Below, piece by piece: positions 9,316 through 16,655 of a DNA stretch of 49,747 bases (position 1 is the first letter of the stretch; every line of letters begins with the position of its first letter). The stretch is from Flavobacteriales bacterium (GTDB taxonomy: Bacteria; Bacteroidota; Bacteroidia; NS11-12g; UBA955), in contig JBEIRK010000003.1 of NCBI GenBank assembly GCA_040376005.1, positions 1-49,747 of the forward strand, in the 5' to 3' direction. A program made the translations under genes and the position numbers. Below the pieces are notes generated by a model. The model was not told the origin of the DNA, did no database searches, and saw only the letters and a list, made by a program, of their open reading frames with translations.

Positions 9316-9357
9316 GTTTGGCGGATATTTTGCGGTTGAGCAAAATATCCGCCAAAC
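9316..9357. repeat. perfect 18-bp inverted repeat with 6-nt loop
   Basis: GTTTGGCGGATATTTTGC-GGTTGA-GCAAAATATCCGCCAAAC. Confidence 0.9.
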
Positions 9358-9430
9358 CCCAACACAAGACAAATAGAACATAAGACCAACCCCTACACCG
9401 AACCCAATCCTCCATATTTCCCCATTTCTC

Positions 9431-9473
9431 TTTGTTTTCCCATTGTTTTTTACTATCTTTGCAGCCCCAAAAA
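9431..9473 (+). promoter_or_regulatory. promoter of rpsF-rpsR-rplI (-33 TTTG, -7 TATCTTTG)
   Basis: TTTG 9431-9434, 19-nt spacer, TATCTTTG 9454-9461. Confidence 0.75.
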
Positions 9474-9491
9474 AATTAGCCTCACTGAAAT

Positions 9492-9902
9492 ATGAACACA
9501 CATCAGTACGAGACTGTGATTGTTTTAACACCCGTGCTCTCTGAGCAGCAGATGAAAGATGCTGTTGCAAGCTACAGAGAGTTGATCACAGCAAATGGCG
9601 GTAGTATGGTCCACGAAGAAAACTGGGGCCTTACAAAACTAGCTTACCCCATTCAAAAAAAAGGTACGGGATTTTATCACCTGTTTGAATTCAAAGCCGA
9701 TCCAGGTTTTATCAAACAGTTTGAACTCATCTTCAGACGTGATGAACGCATCTTGCGTTACCTCACCGTTCGTTTGGACAAGGATGCAGTTGAGTACAAC
9801 TTAAAGCGCCGCAACGGTGAAATCGCAGCCAACAAGGTTGAACGCGAAGCAGCTGCTGCAAAAGCGAAATTGAAAATTGAAGAGGAGGAACTCGAAGCAT
9901 GA
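9492..9902 (+). CDS. rpsF: 30S ribosomal protein S6
   Basis: YETVIVLTP...[15 protein letters not shown]...DERILRYL. Confidence 0.98.
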   Translation: MNTHQYETVIVLTPVLSEQQMKDAVASYRELITANGGSMVHEENWGLTKLAYPIQKKGTGFYHLFEFKADPGFIKQFELIFRRDERILRYLTVRLDKDAVEYNLKRRNGEIAANKVEREAAAAKAKLKIEEEELEA

Positions 9903-10162
9903 GCAAAGAAGTGAATTTTATCTTCAACCAAACACCACAGGTGTTGCAGAAGAAGAAGTACTGCCGCTTTAAAAAGCATGGCATTAAGTACATCGATTAC
10001 AAAGACAAAGAGTTTTTGTTGAAGTTCGTGAACGACCAAGGTAAAATCTTACCACGTCGTATCACCGGTACCTCACTGAAATATCAGCGTAAAGTTACAC
10101 AAGCAGTGAAACGTGCACGTCACTTGGCGCTTATGCCTTTCGTTGCTGATGGTTTGAAATAA
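9899..10162 (+). CDS. rpsR: 30S ribosomal protein S18
   Basis: KYCRFKK...IDYKD...[11 protein letters not shown]...[11 protein letters not shown]. Confidence 0.98.
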   Translation: MSKEVNFIFNQTPQVLQKKKYCRFKKHGIKYIDYKDKEFLLKFVNDQGKILPRRITGTSLKYQRKVTQAVKRARHLALMPFVADGLK

Positions 10163-10183
10163 TTGTAAAGGAGAAATTGAATC

Positions 10184-10630
10184 ATGAAAATTATTCTAAC
10201 ACAAGACATTAAAAACCTAGGTCACAAAGATGACGTGGTAACTGTGAAAAGCGGATATGGCCGTAACTACCTTATCCCACAAGGAAAAGCGAAGTTGGCT
10301 ACCGAAGGAGCTCTTAAAATGTTGGCCGAAGACATCCGCCAGCGTGAGTTCAAACTTGAAAAAATTAAGAAAGACGCAACAGAAATGGCTGCTAAGTTGG
10401 ATGGTATCGAAATTACCATCTCTGCAAAAGCAGGTGCTTCTGGAAAAATCTTCGGTTCGGTTACGAACCTGCAGATTGCAAATGCACTGAAAGAAAAAGG
10501 CTACGATGTTGATCGCCGCGTTATCGCTGTGGACGATATCAAAAATATTGGCTCATATACCGCTGATATCAACCTTTTCAAAGAAGTGAAAGCAACTGTA
10601 AAATTGGAAGTTGTGGCTTCTGCCAGCTAA
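10184..10630 (+). CDS. rplI: 50S ribosomal protein L9
   Basis: MKIILTQDIKNLG...VKSGYGRNYLIP...GKIFGSVT. Confidence 0.98.
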   Translation: MKIILTQDIKNLGHKDDVVTVKSGYGRNYLIPQGKAKLATEGALKMLAEDIRQREFKLEKIKKDATEMAAKLDGIEITISAKAGASGKIFGSVTNLQIANALKEKGYDVDRRVIAVDDIKNIGSYTADINLFKEVKATVKLEVVASAS

Positions 10631-10652
10631 TTCCAATTGAGATGTTAAAAAG

Positions 10653-10678
10653 AAAGGCCGCATTTGCGGCCTTTTTTT
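10653..10678 (+). terminator. rho-independent terminator after rplI
   Basis: AAAGGCCGCA-TT-TGCGGCCTTT followed by T tract. Confidence 0.9.
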
Positions 10679-10701
10679 ATGCTCGAAACTTAGTATTTCC
10701 C

Positions 10702-10719
10702 ATACCTTAGGTATCTTTG
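10702..10719 (+). promoter_or_regulatory. -7 element TATCTTTG overlapped by palindrome ATACCT-T-AGGTAT
   Basis: TAnnTTTG 10712-10719, 9 nt before ATG 10729. Confidence 0.6.
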
Positions 10720-10728
10720 CGCCATACT

Positions 10729-13077
10729 ATGTGGGACAGGATTGGTACCTTTATCCTTAAGAATCGACTGATTTTTATAATCTCTCTCGGTGTATATGCA
10801 CTCGCAGCCTCATGGTTCGCTACCCGTGCAGAACTCGCCTATGATATGCAAAAGCTTGTGCCGGCTGATGATCCGGATTACAAAGTGTATGTAGATTTTA
10901 AGAAAACCTTCGGCGAAGATGGCAATAAACTCGCCATCGGTTTTAAAAGTAAAGACCTCTTTAAACTGGGGCTCTTCCAAGACTTCTATAAGCTTTCAGC
11001 TGAATTGGCCGCTGTGCACGGGGTTACAGAGGTAATCTCACCCGCCCGTCTCTATAACCTCACTATCGATACCAACGATAAGTTCCAAACCGGGTTGATG
11101 CTCAATGCGCCCCCGAAAACACAAGAGGAACTGGACAGCATCGCCGAAATCTTTAGCAGCCTGCGTTTCTACCATGGCCTGCTCTATAACGATACCAGCA
11201 ACGTAGCGCTGACCATCATTGGACTGAACGATTCTGTGCTCAATACCAATGACCGCAATATCCTGATTCCCCGCATACAAGAGATTTGTGACGCCTTTGG
11301 TACCAAACACAAATTGGAAATGCACTACTCCGGATTGCCTTTTATCCGCACAGAATACGCAACCAATGTCCGCCGCGAAATTGTACTCTTTACCATTGTC
11401 GCCTTCTTTGTTACTGGCCTGCTCATTCTCGCCTTCTTTAGAAGTATTAGTACCCTGCTTATTTCCCTGCTCTTTATCGTTATTGGTGTACTGACTATGC
11501 TCGCTGTTACCGCAGCACTAGGGTTTAAACTCACCATCCTTACCGGTATTTTGCCGCCTGTACTCGTCGTCGTCGGGGTCCAAAACACCATATATATCAT
11601 TAATAAATACCACGAAGAATACCGCAAGCACGGAAATAAGGCCCGCGCATTGCAACGTATTATCGGCCGTATTGGTGTGGCTACCTTCCTGATTAACTTC
11701 ACCACCGCCATTGGTTTCGGTACCTTCTATTTCACCAAAACCATGATTTTGGAGCAGTTCGGTATCGTAGCGTTTATCACCATTAACATCGTATTTTTTG
11801 TCAATATCATTGGCATTCCTGTGCTCTACAGCTTTTTGCCAACACCTTCAGATAAACAAACCCAGCATCTTGAAAACAAGAATGTACAGAACTTCTTGAG
11901 CTGGGTGAAATTCCACGCATTCAACCACAAACGCCGTATCTATTTCTGGACCATTGCCGCATCTGTGATGGGTGGGGTTTATATCGTGAAACTCAAACCC
12001 TTGAGCTATATGGTAGATGATATTCCGCACAGTTCCAAGGTCTATCGGGATTTAGAGTTTTTCCAAAACAACTTCAGAGGGGTGATGCCATTTGAGGTAT
12101 TGGTAACTACAAATGAACCCGGATACGCAGGCGAACCGGAAGCCATCATCAAGGTAAATAGTTTTCAGAAGCAAATGCGCAGGTTTACCGAGCTTTCAAA
12201 GCCTATGTCCATCGCCGAGGTGGTGAGCTGGGGCAATCAGGCGGTAAATGAGGGTGATGCAGCCCAATACCGTGTGCCAAGTGTATTGGATCTGGCCAAT
12301 TTACAAGGGTATTTCCCAGACAAAAAGCCGGGGGCCAAACGCAGCATCATTGAGGGTATGATTGACAGTACCAAAACCAAAATGCGCATTAGCTATCAAA
12401 TGCGCGATGTGGGCTCGGTGGCTATGGATACCCTTATTAACGATGTAAAACAACTGTCGGAGAATATTTTTCCTAAGGACAAATACAAGGTTGACATTAC
12501 AGGAACTTCGGCCATTTTCTTAAAAGGAAATACCTATTTGTACGGTTCGTTGGTGCAAAGCACACTGTGGGCCTTGCTTATCATCTCTCTTACCATGGGG
12601 CTCATGTTCCCTTCGATTAAGATGATACTGATTTCTGTAATTCCGAATATTTTACCCTTGCTCGTTACAGGCGGCTTGATGGGGTATTTCCATGTTCCAC
12701 TAAAGCCGAGTACCATTCTGGTCTTTAGTATCGCATTTGGAATTACAGTTGATGCCACCATTCACTTTATGTCTTCTTTCAGGCGACACCTATTGCATAG
12801 CAATATCGCCCTGCGAGAAGCACTAAGCCATACCATTATGGAAGTAGGGTTGAGCATGATTTATACCGTAGTAGCGCTGTTTGCGGGCTTCTTAATTTTC
12901 GTGTTCTCAGGTTTTCAAGGCACACAATCTTTAGGTTGGCTTACTGCAGTAACCCTGTTCACAGGTTTGGTTGCCAATCTATTCTTGCTTCCTGCATTAA
13001 TTCTCACTTTTGAAAAGAGTTTGAATCCAAAAGAAGAGCTGAAAGAGCAGGTGTTAGATTTGCCGGATGAGGATTAA
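10729..13077 (+). CDS. MMPL/RND family transporter
   Basis: two repeats of TM + periplasmic loop + 5 TM; FKKTFGEDG, YSGLPFIR, GITVDATIHF; ATG 10729 preferred. Confidence 0.92.
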   Translation: MWDRIGTFILKNRLIFIISLGVYALAASWFATRAELAYDMQKLVPADDPDYKVYVDFKKTFGEDGNKLAIGFKSKDLFKLGLFQDFYKLSAELAAVHGVTEVISPARLYNLTIDTNDKFQTGLMLNAPPKTQEELDSIAEIFSSLRFYHGLLYNDTSNVALTIIGLNDSVLNTNDRNILIPRIQEICDAFGTKHKLEMHYSGLPFIRTEYATNVRREIVLFTIVAFFVTGLLILAFFRSISTLLISLLFIVIGVLTMLAVTAALGFKLTILTGILPPVLVVVGVQNTIYIINKYHEEYRKHGNKARALQRIIGRIGVATFLINFTTAIGFGTFYFTKTMILEQFGIVAFITINIVFFVNIIGIPVLYSFLPTPSDKQTQHLENKNVQNFLSWVKFHAFNHKRRIYFWTIAASVMGGVYIVKLKPLSYMVDDIPHSSKVYRDLEFFQNNFRGVMPFEVLVTTNEPGYAGEPEAIIKVNSFQKQMRRFTELSKPMSIAEVVSWGNQAVNEGDAAQYRVPSVLDLANLQGYFPDKKPGAKRSIIEGMIDSTKTKMRISYQMRDVGSVAMDTLINDVKQLSENIFPKDKYKVDITGTSAIFLKGNTYLYGSLVQSTLWALLIISLTMGLMFPSIKMILISVIPNILPLLVTGGLMGYFHVPLKPSTILVFSIAFGITVDATIHFMSSFRRHLLHSNIALREALSHTIMEVGLSMIYTVVALFAGFLIFVFSGFQGTQSLGWLTAVTLFTGLVANLFLLPALILTFEKSLNPKEELKEQVLDLPDED

Positions 13078-13101
13078 TCGAGTGATTAAACCGCTATAAG
13101 C

Positions 13102-14067
13102 TTAGCCCCACATCAAATTACAGCCCCGCACATCGCTGAAATCAGCGCGTCCACGCACTTCAAAACTTCCATCAGGATGCAGTTTGCCCAAGTCATCGGA
13201 GGCAATGAAAGCACAGGAATACAAGTTGCCTAGATCTGTTATACAGATTCGCCCTGTTTTGCCCATAGGCAGTTCACATCCCGGGTCACTGGGGTCAGTA
13301 ATTGTTATCCGCATCCATGGCGGGCAATTGAACACACCCGTGCCTTTAGAATAGGCTTGAGACATCAGTTCGGTCATGCCGTATTCACTGTGTATCATTT
13401 GCATCCCAAAGCTACCCGTGAGTATTTGGTGTACCTCTTCCCGAATCATTTCCTTTCTTCGGCCTTTCATGCCACCCGTTTCCATGACAATAGAACCCTC
13501 AGGAAATGGTATCGTCCCGAGTTCTGCCATTTCCAACAAGGCAAAGGTTACCCCGAGCAGAAATACAGGCTTAGTGCTTGCTTCAATGTGTTTTTTAGCT
13601 AGCTGTATGTCTGTGGTAGAAAAACTGTGAGCTGCTGCTTTTTTTAGGAGTTTTTCAGCCATGTATACCAGCGAGGAATCAGGACGGTCCATGTATCCAG
13701 GGAGCAAGGCAATGAAGTGGAATTGCGAGGCTTCACCGTAAAATCGGTTGAAAATGTCCTCGAAAAGGGCCTCGTACCATGCAGGAAAGGGAACAAAATG
13801 CTGCGATTCACCGGTCCCAGTGGTGCTGCTGCTTTTGAAACATTTTTCATCGGCTTGGGCGTCCCAACTGCGCAACTCATGGGTTTTAAAAAAGGAAACA
13901 GGGAGAAAGGGAATCAATGGGCTCTGCCTGCCATTGTCATTGATTTGTAGCCATTCCTGATATACAGAACAATTCACTGCTTGAAAATCAAATATTTTAC
14001 GCGCCAATGCGTTAAATTTGTCATCCGTGCAGCGCAGTATTTCAGTTTCAATTTCGGTGAGCCTCAT
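13102..14067 (-). CDS. LuxE/PaaK-like acyl-protein synthetase (acyl transferase)
   Basis: IPFLPVSFFK, SSSTTG, METGGMKGRRKE, HSEYGMTELMSQAY, GRADFSDVRGCNL; ATG 14067 preferred. Confidence 0.88.
   Translation of the reverse strand: MRLTEIETEILRCTDDKFNALARKIFDFQAVNCSVYQEWLQINDNGRQSPLIPFLPVSFFKTHELRSWDAQADEKCFKSSSTTGTGESQHFVPFPAWYEALFEDIFNRFYGEASQFHFIALLPGYMDRPDSSLVYMAEKLLKKAAAHSFSTTDIQLAKKHIEASTKPVFLLGVTFALLEMAELGTIPFPEGSIVMETGGMKGRRKEMIREEVHQILTGSFGMQMIHSEYGMTELMSQAYSKGTGVFNCPPWMRITITDPSDPGCELPMGKTGRICITDLGNLYSCAFIASDDLGKLHPDGSFEVRGRADFSDVRGCNLMWG
14013..14020 (+). promoter_or_regulatory. -7 element TAAATTTG for the lipoprotein gene, inside the luxE-like CDS
   Basis: TAnnTTTG 6 nt before GTG 14027. 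Confidence 0.55.
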
Positions 14068-14569
14068 AGCAGCTTTGTTCCTCTCAGGGTTTATGTCCTG
14101 TAAGGCCGACAAAAATAAGTTTTCTCCCGAACCTTTTTTGGAATTAAAAGGCGCTTATGTTTTTAATAATGGGTTGGATAAGGACAGTTTTGTTCTGGTA
14201 GAACTGAATTACCGGGACGGGGATGGAGATGTTGGGCTCAATCCGGGAGACACGCTGCCTCCGTTCGGATTCGGTCAGCCATATTATTACAACCTGTTGG
14301 TGTGGATGTATGAAAAGAAAAATGGAGAGTGGATTAAGCCGCTAAATCCCTTGTCGCCCGATAAGGATACCCTCAATTTCCATGAGAGAATCCAAAACAT
14401 CACCCCCTCGGGCTCTGTAAAATGGATACAAGGGAATTTGGACCTGCGCATTCCTGCAGAACCTTATTCGCTTAAGCCGGATACCATTCGATTGGAAATC
14501 CAGCTCTTAGACCGCAGCCTGAAGCGCAGCAACATCATTCGCACAGAGGAGATTTTTTTAAAACATTAA
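14027..14569 (+). CDS. uncharacterised lipoprotein with DGDGD motif
   Basis: signal peptide ending LSGFMS-C; YRDGDGDVG; beta-rich; C-terminal DRSLKRSNII. Confidence 0.75.
   Translation: MQRSISVSISVSLIAALFLSGFMSCKADKNKFSPEPFLELKGAYVFNNGLDKDSFVLVELNYRDGDGDVGLNPGDTLPPFGFGQPYYYNLLVWMYEKKNGEWIKPLNPLSPDKDTLNFHERIQNITPSGSVKWIQGNLDLRIPAEPYSLKPDTIRLEIQLLDRSLKRSNIIRTEEIFLKH
14110..14117 (-). promoter_or_regulatory. -7 element TATTTTTG for the luxE-like gene, inside the lipoprotein CDS
   Basis: TAnnTTTG upstream of ATG 14067. Confidence 0.45.
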
Positions 14570-14648
14570 TATATAAAACGATGATTCCACCTTATTTTCG
14601 TCCCGTATTTAGTTTTGGCATATAGTTTGGAATAACATACACAAGACA

Positions 14649-15200
14649 ATGAAGAAATTAGCCATCTTGATCCTTGCAGCCATCGCGGCTCCCATTGCAT
14701 TGAATGCACAGAAATTGGGGTATATCGATTCAGATATCATTCTGAATAAAATGCCTGAATACAAGTCTGCCCAAAAACAGCTGGATGATCTTGCTGCAGA
14801 ATGGCAAACCAAAGCGGATGCCCTACAGGGTGAAGTAGATAAAATGTATGCAGATTACAAGGCTGAAGAGGTGCTGCTTACACAAGAACAAAAAAAACAA
14901 CGCGAAGAAGCAATTGTAAATAAAGAGAAAGAACTTTTCATCTATAGAGAAGCAAAATTTGGCGCTACTGGCGAATTATTTAAAAAACGCGAAGAGCTCA
15001 TTAAACCGATTCAGGACAAACTTTTTGAAGCCGTTCAAAAAGTAGCTAAGAATGAAGGTTTGGGCTTTATTTTCGATAAAGCGGGCGGAATTATGATGCT
15101 CTACGCCGACCCCAAATACGATAAAACATTTGAGGTTATGGAAGAATTAGGCATTCCCAATGACCAACAGCCTAAAGACCCGAACACAACACAAGACTAA
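14649..15200 (+). CDS. skp: OmpH/Skp periplasmic chaperone
   Basis: signal peptide; QKLGYIDSDIILNKMPEY...LIKPIQDK...FIFDK. Confidence 0.93.
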   Translation: MKKLAILILAAIAAPIALNAQKLGYIDSDIILNKMPEYKSAQKQLDDLAAEWQTKADALQGEVDKMYADYKAEEVLLTQEQKKQREEAIVNKEKELFIYREAKFGATGELFKKREELIKPIQDKLFEAVQKVAKNEGLGFIFDKAGGIMMLYADPKYDKTFEVMEELGIPNDQQPKDPNTTQD

Positions 15201-15228
15201 CACATAAAATCACGACACATACTCATTT

Positions 15229-15777
15229 ATGAAAAAAATCATCATCATGATGGTAGCTGTGCTTTGCATAGCACCCGCCCTTCAGGCTCAGAAAGCACAG
15301 AGAATTGCTTTTGTAAACACAAACAAAGTATTGGATACCTTGCCCCAAATGGACAGCGCCGAAGTGGCACTGAACAAAATTGCTGAAGGCTATCAGCAAG
15401 ACGCTATGGCCCGCCAAGATGAATTGAATCAACTGAATGCTGAAGTTGAAGCAGCGAAAAAAGATCCTGCGTTTTCAGCAGTAAAATTGGATTTGATGCA
15501 GCGCAGATTGCAAACCCTGTACGAAGATTATCAGTACTTCCAAAATGCTGTACAAGATGAAATGCAAAGAGATCGTGCAAAGCTTTTGAATCCTATAGTG
15601 GATGAAATAAAAGCTGCGGTTGCGCAAGTTGCCAAAACCAAAGGCTTTAGCCAAGTAATTGACAATAGCGCTGAAATTGTAATTTACAACGGTGTTACTA
15701 CCGATGATATTACTGCTGATGTAATCAAATACATGCTCGCGCCGAAACCCGCCGCCACTCCCGAACCAAAAAAATAA
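15229..15777 (+). CDS. skp: OmpH/Skp periplasmic chaperone (second paralog)
   Basis: signal peptide; RIAFVNT...LLNPIVDEIKAAV...DDITADV. Confidence 0.88.
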   Translation: MKKIIIMMVAVLCIAPALQAQKAQRIAFVNTNKVLDTLPQMDSAEVALNKIAEGYQQDAMARQDELNQLNAEVEAAKKDPAFSAVKLDLMQRRLQTLYEDYQYFQNAVQDEMQRDRAKLLNPIVDEIKAAVAQVAKTKGFSQVIDNSAEIVIYNGVTTDDITADVIKYMLAPKPAATPEPKK

Positions 15778-15780
15778 TCA

Positions 15781-15809
15781 AAAAAGCCCCGCAAAAACGG
15801 GGCTTTTTT
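15781..15809 (+). terminator. rho-independent terminator (possibly bidirectional)
   Basis: AAAAAGCCCCG-CAAAAA-CGGGGCTTTTTT. Confidence 0.9.
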
Positions 15810-15824
15810 ATTTCTTTTGCCAAC

Positions 15825-16655
15825 GTGAGTAAACATTTTCCCATAGGAGTTTTTGATTCGGGTATTGGTGGTCTAACCATTCTCAAAGAATTGAAAAAAC
15901 GCATGCCCGATTATGACTATGTCTATCTGGGTGATAACGCCCGTGCACCTTATGGAACAAGATCTTACGACACCGTATATCGATACACACTGCAATGTGT
16001 GCAATGGTTCTTTGTACAAGGGTGTGAATTGGTGATATTGGCCTGCAATACAGCTTCCGCAAAAGCATTAAAAACCATTCAGCAACACGATTTGCCTCAT
16101 ATGGGTACAGGCAAGCGGGTATTGGGTGTGTTGCGCCCTACTACTGAATCCATTGGTCTCTATACCAAATCTGGCCATATTGGAATACTGGCTACCAACG
16201 GAACTGTGAATTCAGAATCCTACGTAACGGAGATTAAACGCTTTTTCCCAAAAACGAAAGTCTCTCAGCACGCTTGCCCTATGTGGGTGCCCCTGGTTGA
16301 AAATAGAGAACACCTGGGTGCGGGTGCCGATTACTTCATTCAAAAAGATGTAGAACTATTGCTGCAAAGCGATCCACAAATAGATACAGTGTTGCTCGGA
16401 TGCACACATTACCCGCTGCTTGAAGACAAAATCAGAAAGTTCTTACCTGATTCAATCGCGCTGGTATCCCAAGGCGCAATTGTGGCTGAAAAACTTGAAG
16501 ATTATCTTAAACGCCATGTGGAAATGGAAAAGAAAATCTCGCGTAAAAGCAATATTAAGTTCTTCACCACGGACTCAAGCACAGAGTTTGATACCCATGC
16601 CGATATATTCTTCGATAAAAAAGTAAGGTCTGAGCATGTGGATTTAAACGTGTAA
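15825..16655 (+). CDS. murI: glutamate racemase
   Basis: IGVFDSGIGGLT, ILACNTAS, LLGCTHYP. Confidence 0.97.
   Translation: MSKHFPIGVFDSGIGGLTILKELKKRMPDYDYVYLGDNARAPYGTRSYDTVYRYTLQCVQWFFVQGCELVILACNTASAKALKTIQQHDLPHMGTGKRVLGVLRPTTESIGLYTKSGHIGILATNGTVNSESYVTEIKRFFPKTKVSQHACPMWVPLVENREHLGAGADYFIQKDVELLLQSDPQIDTVLLGCTHYPLLEDKIRKFLPDSIALVSQGAIVAEKLEDYLKRHVEMEKKISRKSNIKFFTTDSSTEFDTHADIFFDKKVRSEHVDLNV

Noticed and set aside
8837-9430. CRISPR array, tRNA, or small ORFs 9183-9389 and 9313-9570
   Set aside because: No constant repeat with regular spacers, no cloverleaf, no cas genes; ORFs run through palindromes or antisense to rpsF
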